64,000 nt of DNA from an uncultured virus (IMG/VR IMGVR_UViG_3300035670_000134). Its lineage: Duplodnaviria; Heunggongvirae; Uroviricota; Caudoviricetes. Below, piece after piece: positions 9,074 through 16,887 of this stretch. The stretch lies in the IMG/VR virus record IMGVR_UViG_3300035670_000134; one strand, written 5' to 3'. Made by a program: the position numbers and the translations under genes. The notes under the pieces were generated by a model. It did no database searches. It was not told the DNA's origin and saw nothing but the letters and a program-made list of their open reading frames with translations. How positions within the stretch are numbered: the first letter of the stretch is position 1; every line of letters starts with the position of its first letter.

Positions 9074-10122
9074 AAAACCCTCACAATCTGTTCAGCAACC
9101 CAACGAGCAACAGGAGCAACAACACCATTACCACACATCTTATATCTCTGCGTCTTAGACATTTCACGACCAGAAACACCAAACTTCGTATGATCATCCG
9201 GCCAGCCCATCAAACGCTCACACTCCCTAGGAGTCAACCGCCTAATCATATCATCATACCCCACCACATGCCGGTACGGACGCTTAAAATCAGAAGAAGC
9301 AAGACACCCAAACCCCTCAGAAAACCCGCCGAACGACGACTCATTAAACGGCACACCATCCTTATGCAACACAGCAACAGCAGGAGCCTGATTCGTCTTC
9401 AACGTCGCCGACACACCATCAGCAAAACTATCCGCACCATAATGACCCGAAAACTTAGAATCAAAACCTAAGACCTCAAAATGCTTTCCAACGCCGCCAA
9501 CAACCTCTCCGGCAACCTCGCATCCCGATTCTTCGCTCTCCGCAACACACCCTCCACCGTCCTCTTCGAAAAGAAAAAGCCCATCGGAACATCTTCCCGA
9601 CACTCCAGAATCGAAAATAGATGCGACGAAGACACGCTTACGTTTCTGGGCAACACCGAATCGTTGCGCATCCAATGTACACCACTCGACTCCCACCGCC
9701 CCCGCCTCTGCCATCTCATCGAGGCACCTTCCCATTGCATAACCTGAGTCGGCAGACAACAATCCGAGAACATTCTCTGCGACTGCGACCCTCGGGAACC
9801 TTCCACCTGTTGCATCCCTCATCTCCTTAATAACACGCATAGCCTCAAAAAACAAACCAGAACGAGAACCATCCAAACCAGCACGATCACCAGCAAGACT
9901 CAAATCCTGACACGGAAACCCATAAGTAATAACATCCACAGGCTCAAGCTCATAACCCGACACCTCACGAATATCACCAAACTTCGGAACATCAGGCCAA
10001 CGAAAACTTAACACATCCTGACAAAACTTATCCCACTCAACCTGCCAACAACACTCAAAACCAGCTCCCTCAAAACCAAGATCAAAACCACCAGCACCAG
10101 CAAACAAAGAACCAAACTTCAA
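9070..10122 (-). CDS. dcm: DNA (cytosine-5)-methyltransferase, second copy
   Basis: SLFAGAGG, GFPCQDLS, ENV, QKRKRVF, RRLTPRECERLMG, CGNGV; TTG start. Confidence 0.92.
   Translation of the reverse strand: MKFGSLFAGAGGFDLGFEGAGFECCWQVEWDKFCQDVLSFRWPDVPKFGDIREVSGYELEPVDVITYGFPCQDLSLAGDRAGLDGSRSGLFFEAMRVIKEMRDATGGRFPRVAVAENVLGLLSADSGYAMGRCLDEMAEAGAVGVEWCTLDAQRFGVAQKRKRVFVASIFDSGVSGRCSDGLFLFEEDGGGCVAESEESGCEVAGEVVGGVGKHFEVLGFDSKFSGHYGADSFADGVSATLKTNQAPAVAVLHKDGVPFNESSFGGFSEGFGCLASSDFKRPYRHVVGYDDMIRRLTPRECERLMGWPDDHTKFGVSGREMSKTQRYKMCGNGVVAPVARWVAEQIVRVL
9468..9815 (-). CDS. alternative-frame polypeptide nested in the methyltransferase gene (M.EcoHK31I beta-like)
   Basis: C-terminal SSSHLFSILE...VPMGFFFSKRTVEGVLRRAKNRDARLPERLLAALE resembles the overlapping beta polypeptide; true start uncertain. 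Confidence 0.6.
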   Translation of the reverse strand: MQQVEGSRGSQSQRMFSDCCLPTQVMQWEGASMRWQRRGRWESSGVHWMRNDSVLPRNVSVSSSHLFSILECREDVPMGFFFSKRTVEGVLRRAKNRDARLPERLLAALESILRS

Positions 10123-10125
10123 AAC

Positions 10126-10248
10126 TCACCCCTTAACGCTAGGAATCGCCACACCCAAAAACAACCAAGCTAAACCAATCCTCCAATCCAAATAAAACAC
10201 AGAAAAACAAGCATAACCGCCAAACAACAACAAACCAAAATTACGCAT
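10126..10248 (-). CDS. 40-aa membrane peptide (not in ORF track)
   Basis: MRNFGLLLFGGYACFSVFYLDWRIGLAWLFLGVAIPSVKG; overlaps upstream stop and fills the gap; local G/T skew favours hydrophobic codons, so moderate confidence. Confidence 0.55.
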   Translation of the reverse strand: MRNFGLLLFGGYACFSVFYLDWRIGLAWLFLGVAIPSVKG

Positions 10249-10771
10249 CAACAACAACCTCCAACAACGAACCAACAGTCGGAAAATCCTCCCAGAACTG
10301 CGAATTATACCAAGCCCGCATCAAAGAACACTCCACCCCAGCCTCACGCAACAAACGAACCTCATACGGATTATCCTCAACCATCACATCCGCACCCAAC
10401 CTCACAACAACCTCAGCCTTCGAACCCATATCCGCAAAAAACACATCCGAATACTGAAAATTCCACATATCCAACCACGGCCTAGCCCAACGCCTAGCCG
10501 CATCAGAATAACGAGCAGTCACAAAAAACACATCATGACCATTAGCCCACCAATCATTCACCGCATACCACGAATCAACAAACGGCCTCAAATTCTTCCA
10601 AAACACCGGAGAACCAAAAATCTCCTCAGTCAAATCATCCTCAAAAACACCCACAACCCAATGAGCATAATCGAAATCAGACATACCACGAACATCTAGC
10701 TCCCTATTAATGCCAGCGACCAAATCGGTGACAACACCATCAAGATCCAAACAAATAGTCTTAGCCATCAT
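10241..10771 (-). CDS. HAD-family 5'(3')-deoxyribonucleotidase-like protein
   Basis: DLDGV motif I, FVTAR motif II, K..VEDNP motifs III/IV. Confidence 0.8.
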   Translation of the reverse strand: MMAKTICLDLDGVVTDLVAGINRELDVRGMSDFDYAHWVVGVFEDDLTEEIFGSPVFWKNLRPFVDSWYAVNDWWANGHDVFFVTARYSDAARRWARPWLDMWNFQYSDVFFADMGSKAEVVVRLGADVMVEDNPYEVRLLREAGVECSLMRAWYNSQFWEDFPTVGSLLEVVVDA

Positions 10772-11006
10772 AATCCTCGTCATCTACATCAACAAAGTCA
10801 CGCGCAATCATGCTTACTGCTTCCAGCTCTGAAAGGGTAGCAAGATGATCCAATGCTACTCGCCGTAATTCCTTGCGCAGTTGCTCAATTTCATCAGCAG
10901 CCCGCAAAATCGCACAAATCGGATGATAATGCCAACAATCATCATAATGTGTCCCAACATACCCATTATCAAAAGCTCTAAGTCTTTGAATAATGTCATC
11001 AGTCAT
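10761..11006 (-). CDS. small hypothetical protein (DDI..RLR / AADEIE.LR family)
   Basis: MTDDIIQRLR...RAADEIEQLRKEL; GGAGG RBS. Confidence 0.75.
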   Translation of the reverse strand: MTDDIIQRLRAFDNGYVGTHYDDCWHYHPICAILRAADEIEQLRKELRRVALDHLATLSELEAVSMIARDFVDVDDEDYDG

Positions 11007-11346
11007 CACTAGCCTCCTTAGGAATTGACAATGTGACAACTTGCAAGCGCAAATCGTTAATTTCTTCTTTTAGTAGTTCGATTTCGTCTTCGGCGTTAGA
11101 TAGGTCTTCGCTGATTCCTGCTGCTTCCGCTTGCCAGCCGTTGCGTTCCTTGGTGACCCGTTCGAGTTCGTCGGTTGCGTCGAGAAGAAGTGTCTGGAAC
11201 GTCTTTGATGATGCTCGTTCTTCGTGAACTTCTTTACGAAGTCGTTCGATTTCGTTGAGGGCTTCTCGGATGTCTTCTCTGCCGACAGCGAATGGGACTG
11301 GTCCGTCCAACATTTCTTGTAGTCGGGTCACGATGTCGTCAGCCAT
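10999..11346 (-). CDS. coiled-coil hypothetical protein (same family)
   Basis: MADDIVTRLQ...EALNEIERLRKE; AAGGAG RBS. Confidence 0.75.
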   Translation of the reverse strand: MADDIVTRLQEMLDGPVPFAVGREDIREALNEIERLRKEVHEERASSKTFQTLLLDATDELERVTKERNGWQAEAAGISEDLSNAEDEIELLKEEINDLRLQVVTLSIPKEASDD

Positions 11347-11701
11347 GATGGTTCTCCTTGGGGGGTTGGACGGTGAGTGGCGTGGAGCGGACAGGGGTGT
11401 GCTGCGGGGGCGGGTCTGGTAGAGCGGCTTCCAGTTCACGCACTTCGCCGCGTAGAGACGCGATTACGTCGTGGAGGTATTCGTTGTTTTCGCGCAGTCG
11501 TTCGATCTCGGCTTGTTGTGATGGGAACACATGGGGCGTGTCGTCGTTCATGCAGTTCAGCGGGCGGTGGCCCATTACCCATCCGCAGCGCACGCACATT
11601 TCCTCGCTGTGTCCCTTGTGGTCGTGTCGGCCAGCAAGAACGTGAAGCGGTGCCATCTCTGGCTCACTCCAGTCGTCAGGGGTCGCCATGTCGTCAGCCA
11701 C
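11339..11701 (-). CDS. hypothetical protein with Cys/His motif and AEIERLR coil
   Basis: GTG start VADDM, CVRCG...C...H, QAEIERLRE. Confidence 0.7.
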   Translation of the reverse strand: MADDMATPDDWSEPEMAPLHVLAGRHDHKGHSEEMCVRCGWVMGHRPLNCMNDDTPHVFPSQQAEIERLRENNEYLHDVIASLRGEVRELEAALPDPPPQHTPVRSTPLTVQPPKENHHG

Positions 11702-11768
11702 GGCGACCTCCGAAGTAGATGAACCAGCCAGTAATGATCCCAGCCACTACAGCAATGGCTTCAGCCAC
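11694..11768 (-). CDS. 24-aa single-pass membrane peptide (not in ORF track)
   Basis: VAEAIAVVAGIITGWFIYFGGRRG; AGGAGG RBS; coupled at both ends through GTGGCTGA. Confidence 0.7.
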   Translation of the reverse strand: MAEAIAVVAGIITGWFIYFGGRRG

Positions 11769-11979
11769 GGCTCGCCTCCTTGATGAACTGCTGCATCAAC
11801 TGGTCGGGTTGGAACATGGCGTGGTCTTCATAGGTGCTGAGAAGCCCGCAAGCAAGAGCCAAAGCGGAACGCAATAGTTGTATCTCGTCGGCGGCTTCGC
11901 GCACCTGGTCGGCCCACGGTTCGCCTTCGGGCGCGAGCCATCCCATGTGTCGTAGTCGGGTCACGATGTCGTCAGCCAC
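11761..11979 (-). CDS. small hypothetical protein (DDIVTRLR / EAADEI family)
   Basis: VADDIVTRLRHMG...REAADEIQLLR; AGGAGG RBS. Confidence 0.75.
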   Translation of the reverse strand: MADDIVTRLRHMGWLAPEGEPWADQVREAADEIQLLRSALALACGLLSTYEDHAMFQPDQLMQQFIKEASRG

Positions 11980-12172
11980 GGCGGGCCTCCTTTTCTGGGC
12001 ATTGGTCGTGGTGGCAGTCGGCTTTGCCGGGTCGTGTGATGTGCAAATCGCAGTCGTCGCGCTGGCAGCGTTCCCACCCGTTGCCGTGTCCATCGGTCAT
12101 GTATCTCGGTGGGTGTTGCGGTGGTTGAACTCGTCGCCATAAGTGGACTCGTCGCCATAAGTTGTCAGCCAT
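11972..12172 (-). CDS. 66-aa Cys-containing hypothetical protein
   Basis: MADNLWRRVHLWRRVQ...CQRDDCDLHITRPGKADCHHDQC. Confidence 0.7.
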   Translation of the reverse strand: MADNLWRRVHLWRRVQPPQHPPRYMTDGHGNGWERCQRDDCDLHITRPGKADCHHDQCPEKEARRG

Positions 12173-12341
12173 GGTGTACTCGCTTTCCGTCTACGTGAAC
12201 TTGGATGCTTTTACCTGTCGGAGATACTGAGACTTCTACTCGACATCGGGGTTCGCCACCGATATCTATCCACACGATGTCGGAGGTGCCTCGCCGTTCG
12301 TCCCATTGGACTGTGCCGTGGGTTACTTTTACTTCAGCCAC
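12165..12341 (-). CDS. 58-aa hypothetical protein (not in ORF track)
   Basis: VAEVKVTHGTVQWDERRGTSDIVWIDIGGEPRCRVEVSVSPTGKSIQVHVDGKRVHHG; coupled to next gene through ATGGCTGA. Confidence 0.7.
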   Translation of the reverse strand: MAEVKVTHGTVQWDERRGTSDIVWIDIGGEPRCRVEVSVSPTGKSIQVHVDGKRVHHG

Positions 12342-12415
12342 TGCGGTCTTCCTTTATGTAGCACTTCTGTTGCATTAACCCACGAAAAACGTGTGTTAAG
12401 TTACATTTTTGACAC

Positions 12416-12424
12416 ATTATACCA
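12416..12424 (-). promoter_or_regulatory. extended -10 promoter TGGTATAAT upstream of the small-gene array and dnaE operon
   Basis: Consensus TGnTATAAT in an intergenic region. Confidence 0.7.
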
Positions 12425-12425
12425 A

Positions 12426-12500
12426 GATTGAATGCTAGTGGGCGTCCCAAGAGGGTAAAGTGAACAATGCAGAACACACCGCCCACTTAGCATCACAATC
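12426..12500 (-). other. long imperfect stem-loop after ssb (terminator or structured RNA)
   Basis: gattg-a-atgcta-gtgggcg ... cgcccac-t-tagcat-ca-caatc with 35-nt loop. Confidence 0.55.
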
Positions 12501-12511
12501 GCACTGTCGAA

Positions 12512-13156
12512 TTACCAGCCGTCGTTAGTAAGCTCACCAGTAGTGAGATACTGCTTCTGCTTATCGTAACCAAGTACCATATAGACGTTATCCAACTGGT
12601 GCATCGTAAGACCGGCAATTGACGGGTCTGGATCGCTAGGACCAAGAGGGATAAGACTGTAATTGGTATCCTGAGCACCAGAACCTGTACGGCTGTACTT
12701 AAAGTTCTGGTTTACAATGGTACCGAACTCCTTAGCGTACTCCATCAACATAAGACCGATATGGCGCTGATTAAAAGTAGTGTCAAGGATACGAGGCTCC
12801 CAAGCGCCATCAATTTCAACCGCAATGTTGATCAAAAGGTGAGGCTTAGGCTTCCAACGACCATCCTGAGAAATCTGCTCTGTTGCCCAGCAACGATAGC
12901 CGTGCTCTGCACTAGAAGCAGTTGACGCACAGCGCCACTTCCAGTTAATCGGTGAAGTAACAACAGGTACGATAATTCCAGTACCAGCCTCTTCGGTGTA
13001 AAGCTTTGAATCCTCAGTAAGTTCCTGACGGAAACGAATCTTGTATGTATCTCCAGACTGGAGATTGAAGAACTTCTTCGTACCTCCAGAACCGGTTCCC
13101 TTAGATGGGATATTCTTCTCAATGTCTTTTAATGTTTTAAGTGATGAAAATGTCAT
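12512..13156 (-). CDS. single-stranded DNA-binding protein (gp32-like)
   Basis: KFFNLQSGDTYKIRF...RTGSGAQDTNYSLIP pattern; next to primase and helicase. Confidence 0.7.
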   Translation of the reverse strand: MTFSSLKTLKDIEKNIPSKGTGSGGTKKFFNLQSGDTYKIRFRQELTEDSKLYTEEAGTGIIVPVVTSPINWKWRCASTASSAEHGYRCWATEQISQDGRWKPKPHLLINIAVEIDGAWEPRILDTTFNQRHIGLMLMEYAKEFGTIVNQNFKYSRTGSGAQDTNYSLIPLGPSDPDPSIAGLTMHQLDNVYMVLGYDKQKQYLTTGELTNDGW

Positions 13157-13160
13157 TTTA

Positions 13161-14087
13161 TTATTCTCCTGTGTAAAGTTTCCTGTTTTCAAGGGCTTGT
13201 ATAATTTGCTGCTCTGTCATGTCGCCGGGATCTTTAAGACCGTCAGGTATCTCAACGGTGTAAATCTCTTTGCCACAACATTCGTCAATTATAGCACGCC
13301 GCATCTCTCTCCCTGCGTCATCCGCATCGGAAAATACAGAGATAGAGTCAAAATATCTTTTAATCATCTTTACTTGATTAAGAGATATCTTAGCCCCCAG
13401 AGTTGCTACAACATTCTTGTAACCAGACTGGGAGATCTTTATGGCATCCAAACTGCCTTCACAAACAATTACGCTATCATGATGCTTTGCCGTTTGAATG
13501 TTAAACAACACGTCCGCTCTCTTGAAGCCTTTATTGTAAAGATATCTAGGCTCCTGAGAATCGGATATTGCTCTTCCTATCAGACCCACAAGTTTATATT
13601 GTGGATCTCTAACCGGTATAACAACTCTTTCTTTGACCCTAGAGAATCCTATCTCAAATTGCTTAAGAACCTCTAATGAATAACCTCTCTCCACAATTGT
13701 TGAGAGAAGCTTTACATCATCAGACTCATAGTCAATTGCTACGTTGTCTAATGATAAATCATCAACCCCCCGGTTTACAACCAAAGCATTATTTAGTTCA
13801 CGTTGTAAATTAACAGGATCAAGAATCCACTCGCGACCGTAAGTTTTACCGGTCATGTGTTTATAGAGTTGTCTAAAATTACCTTTCTTTCCGCAAGAAG
13901 GATTGAAACACTGCCATAGACCGGTTTTCACATTGATATAGCAAGCAGGACTATTCTCGTTTCTGTGAAACGGACAGTATATTGCAACTTCTGTGCTTGA
14001 TTGCGTATGTATGTCAATGTTTTGGCTGTTCAGTAATTCGTAAACAGCCTTTTCAATACTACTTGTGGAAATGAAGCTTGAACTCAA
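13161..14087 (-). CDS. dnaG: DNA primase (CHC2 zinc finger + TOPRIM)
   Basis: CPFH...CFNPSCG, VCEGSLD, FSDADDAG, KDPGD. Confidence 0.9.
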   Translation of the reverse strand: MSSSFISTSSIEKAVYELLNSQNIDIHTQSSTEVAIYCPFHRNENSPACYINVKTGLWQCFNPSCGKKGNFRQLYKHMTGKTYGREWILDPVNLQRELNNALVVNRGVDDLSLDNVAIDYESDDVKLLSTIVERGYSLEVLKQFEIGFSRVKERVVIPVRDPQYKLVGLIGRAISDSQEPRYLYNKGFKRADVLFNIQTAKHHDSVIVCEGSLDAIKISQSGYKNVVATLGAKISLNQVKMIKRYFDSISVFSDADDAGREMRRAIIDECCGKEIYTVEIPDGLKDPGDMTEQQIIQALENRKLYTGE

Positions 14088-14241
14088 AGATTTCTCTCTC
14101 TTTGTTGTAATCAGTTACCAACGAAGTTGATGTGAAATCACCTCTAACCCGACGAACCTCATCTTCAATCCAAGGTCGAAGCCTAATGATAGTTTCAATA
14201 TCAACGGCCTCACCAACTTCGGTATAGAACGAGTCTTTCAT
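14059..14241 (-). CDS. hypothetical protein
   Basis: Coupled ORF between helicase and primase. Confidence 0.65.
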   Translation of the reverse strand: MKDSFYTEVGEAVDIETIIRLRPWIEDEVRRVRGDFTSTSLVTDYNKEREIFEFKLHFHK

Positions 14242-15461
14242 CACCCTACGTCCCATTCCTCTGCCCACCTTCCTGTTTCCAAATCCCACCGCAAATAGAA
14301 ACCAAAATGTGTTGCACGACGAACCTTTCTTGATACTACCTGAAAGAGATCTGAATTGAACTCTCTATGGATAGCAAGAACAAGATCGGCGTCATAGGCC
14401 AACTGTTTTGACCAAGCAACCTCTTCTAGTTCCGGTGGTCTGTCCCCATGACCGTCCGCCATAGTCACCGCTGCAACGTCAATGATTGGAACGTTGTTCT
14501 TAACAGCGATTCTTTTAAAAGCCTTTGAAAGGTTCTTTGCTTTCTCTGTTTCATTACGAGCACCAGATGCATCATCAAATAGACCATGATAGTCAAGAAT
14601 AACAAGGTCCGGCTGATACTGGTCTATCTTAGCCTGAACCATATTCTGATCCGCAGTCTCCAAACCCTCTGATGTTACCAGATAGATTGGATGCTTACCT
14701 TCAAATGTGTCTTCAGCCCAAGATTCGTAAGTACCGACAATGTCAGGATTAGCCTTGATCAAATCTGTATTGGTGAAGTACCCTTCACCATTATTTAACA
14801 AGGTATCAAGACGTTGACCCTCTTGCTTCTTATTCATCTCAAGAGAGATGATCATAGGCCTATATCCGGCCTTCCAAGCATTAACAGCAAAGAGTCTGGC
14901 AATAAATGACTTACCAACACCGGTCCAGCCAAGTAAGACAACAAAGTCACCCTCTTGCCAGCCACCAAATGTCTTGTCAATTACATCAATACCGCTAGGG
15001 ATACCTACATACTGCTTATCAGGATTCTCAGACCTCTCTTTAAGGTCAAGATAGCGATCACGCCATTCACTGACAAGATCAGTATCTTTAAGACTGCTTG
15101 AAAACTTGTAGAGTTTAGAGGTTTGCTCCATCAAATAAGCAAGAGCATCTTTGGGGCCAGCATCGCCAATCAGGCTATGAGCTTTAGCAACAATCTGTCG
15201 TGTCTGAAACGACAAAGACTCGCGCTTTGCCTCATCGACATAATAACCAAGAGGCTCAGATGTGCTCAGGAAATCAAAATCGCTGAAGTGAGACTTTACT
15301 GTGTCCTTTGATGGCACCTTACCATGATCATCGTAGTGGGAAACAATAAAGTTCCATACATCACGATACTCAATAAATACATTCTCTACCCCGCTATTTA
15401 CCGCCTCTACATACTCATTAGTGTCAATAATTGCATTTAACAGTCGTGTTTCGTAGTTCAA
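14241..15461 (-). CDS. dnaB: DnaB-like replicative helicase
   Basis: GWTGVGKS Walker A, ISLEM, VILDY, LAYDAD. Confidence 0.92.
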   Translation of the reverse strand: MNYETRLLNAIIDTNEYVEAVNSGVENVFIEYRDVWNFIVSHYDDHGKVPSKDTVKSHFSDFDFLSTSEPLGYYVDEAKRESLSFQTRQIVAKAHSLIGDAGPKDALAYLMEQTSKLYKFSSSLKDTDLVSEWRDRYLDLKERSENPDKQYVGIPSGIDVIDKTFGGWQEGDFVVLLGWTGVGKSFIARLFAVNAWKAGYRPMIISLEMNKKQEGQRLDTLLNNGEGYFTNTDLIKANPDIVGTYESWAEDTFEGKHPIYLVTSEGLETADQNMVQAKIDQYQPDLVILDYHGLFDDASGARNETEKAKNLSKAFKRIAVKNNVPIIDVAAVTMADGHGDRPPELEEVAWSKQLAYDADLVLAIHREFNSDLFQVVSRKVRRATHFGFYLRWDLETGRWAEEWDVG

Positions 15462-15763
15462 GAGTTTTCCATTCTCTTACGTGTTTCGGCTACGATATCT
15501 TGAAAACGAGCCTTAGCCTCGTTCTCGTATTTTACTTTCTCAACAAGATCCCTAGACTCAACAGCAAAGTCAAAAACTAGAAACGGACCCGGCCTGTTAT
15601 CAATATACCACCTTACCGCTTTTTCAAGCAGTTCTCCGTCGTAATGCTGAGCAAGACTATCAGCAACTTGCTCCTGACGAGGCGAATCTGGAATAAAAAG
15701 TTTATGCGATTTCTCTGAATAAGACTTGAATAAGTCTATCAGGCTTTGTCCAGTTACTTTCAT
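15458..15763 (-). CDS. hypothetical protein
   Basis: Coupled ORF directly upstream of the helicase. Confidence 0.65.
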   Translation of the reverse strand: MKVTGQSLIDLFKSYSEKSHKLFIPDSPRQEQVADSLAQHYDGELLEKAVRWYIDNRPGPFLVFDFAVESRDLVEKVKYENEAKARFQDIVAETRKRMENS

Positions 15764-15998
15764 CTTCTTGATCAACCTCCTGCCAAGTTCTTATCAGATA
15801 TTCTATTTCTGACATTCCGGCATTCACTCCAATAAACTGATCTTTTTCGTAGACTGCTGAATACAAACATTCTGGACGAACAGAGCATCTTCTACAAACG
15901 TCTTTAGCGTAATTTATGTCATCAATGTTTGATGATAGCCAAGAGTAAGATTTAGAATCCTTTTTGCAAAGAGCAACGCTTGTCCAATCAGCCCTCAT
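15702..15998 (-). CDS. whiB: WhiB-family transcriptional regulator
   Basis: W...A.C...AKDVCRRCSVRPECL...GVNAGMSE (four Cys plus GVWGG-like turn). Confidence 0.85.
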   Translation of the reverse strand: MRADWTSVALCKKDSKSYSWLSSNIDDINYAKDVCRRCSVRPECLYSAVYEKDQFIGVNAGMSEIEYLIRTWQEVDQEDESNWTKPDRLIQVLFREIA

Positions 15999-16191
15999 TC
16001 CCGCTGTCTAACTCCCGAAGCTTGGCTTCGATCTGTTCATCAACAGCCTTCCACAGATTCTCCCAAGCCTTCTCGTCACTCTCTGACGAGGCCTTAACTC
16101 TAGCGCCAGCATCTAGCCTTAGAGATTCGTAATTACCAAGATTCTTAGTAATACCAATCGACGCCCAGATTTCAACTTCCTGCTCTTGCAT
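15988..16191 (-). CDS. phage hypothetical protein
   Basis: SIGITKNLGNYESLRLDAG motif, coupled ORF. Confidence 0.7.
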   Translation of the reverse strand: MQEQEVEIWASIGITKNLGNYESLRLDAGARVKASSESDEKAWENLWKAVDEQIEAKLRELDSGNEG

Positions 16192-16642
16192 TTAAAACAC
16201 TCCTATTTACTAGTTTAACTTTTTGATTTAAAAACTTTATGTTATTCTCAACAACGACTTCGGGAGAAGCCTGCTTCATTGGTCTACCCGGAGTCCTTTT
16301 AGAGAAGAAAGATAATATCTCATGAACATCATCAAACTTATAAAATCTCCAATTCTTGTAGGATGGATAAGAAACGCCAGCGACAGATGGCTTAGGGATC
16401 AATCCGCTTCTCTCATATTTCCTGATGGTATCAGGTCTGCGCTCAACAATCTTAGCAACTTCACCAATTGTATAAACTCTGGAAAGCAGAATTTCCGAAC
16501 CCGACAATGGGAGTACAACATCAGACATATCCATCATGCTTTGAAGAAGCACTTTGTTTTTGGTCTTTTGAATCTTCTTAACTTTATGAAGAATGCCTCC
16601 ATATAAATAAATTTTGTTTGTAATAATCTTGTCACTCAGCAT
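16172..16642 (-). CDS. MerR-like HTH DNA-binding protein
   Basis: YTIGEVAKIVERRPDTIRKYERSGLIP...WRFY. Confidence 0.85.
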   Translation of the reverse strand: MLSDKIITNKIYLYGGILHKVKKIQKTKNKVLLQSMMDMSDVVLPLSGSEILLSRVYTIGEVAKIVERRPDTIRKYERSGLIPKPSVAGVSYPSYKNWRFYKFDDVHEILSFFSKRTPGRPMKQASPEVVVENNIKFLNQKVKLVNRSVLNARAGS

Positions 16643-16829
16643 TCTTCATCGATCCTTCCAACTTAGCCAGAAGTTGATTAAGCCTATCAACCTCTATATC
16701 TTTAGAGTGCGAACAGATAATACAAACAACATCTACAAACCAAGTATCATAGATCAGATACGGTTCGTCAATGTACTTAGCCCCTCCACACTTAGCGCAC
16801 TTCAATGGAATCTTATTCTTAATTTCCAT
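16632..16829 (-). CDS. zinc-ribbon protein
   Basis: CAKCGG...CIICSH; TGATAAAAT -10 box 6 nt upstream. Confidence 0.7.
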   Translation of the reverse strand: MEIKNKIPLKCAKCGGAKYIDEPYLIYDTWFVDVVCIICSHSKDIEVDRLNQLLAKLEGSMKNAE

Positions 16830-16887
16830 ATGAATATTTTATCACGCTTTCTGTGCAGAGGGGCTTCGTACCCAAGAAATTAGTTGA

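Larger units (their letters stand above)
11319..11978. repeat. 27-bp exact direct repeat at gene starts (11319-11345 and 11952-11978)
   Basis: gtagtcgggtcacgatgtcgtcagcca in both places; 11688-11705 also matches 11966-11983 over 18 bp. Confidence 0.9.

Noticed and set aside
7310..9830. Long plus-strand ORFs antisense to dnaE and dcm (e.g. 7310-8008, 8261-8803)
   Set aside because: The T-poor plus strand rarely forms stop codons; products are low-complexity I/R/N/T/H with no motifs or RBS.
11377..12158. Alternative and antisense ORFs in the GC-rich array, and longer starts given in the ORF track
   Set aside because: The coupled junctions with SD sequences define a cleaner tiling set; the extra ORFs are explained by high GC.
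12334..12375. 13-codon ORF MQQKCYIKEDRSG ending in the array junction motif
   Set aside because: Too short and no clear SD; may be a cassette remnant or leader but cannot be supported as a gene.
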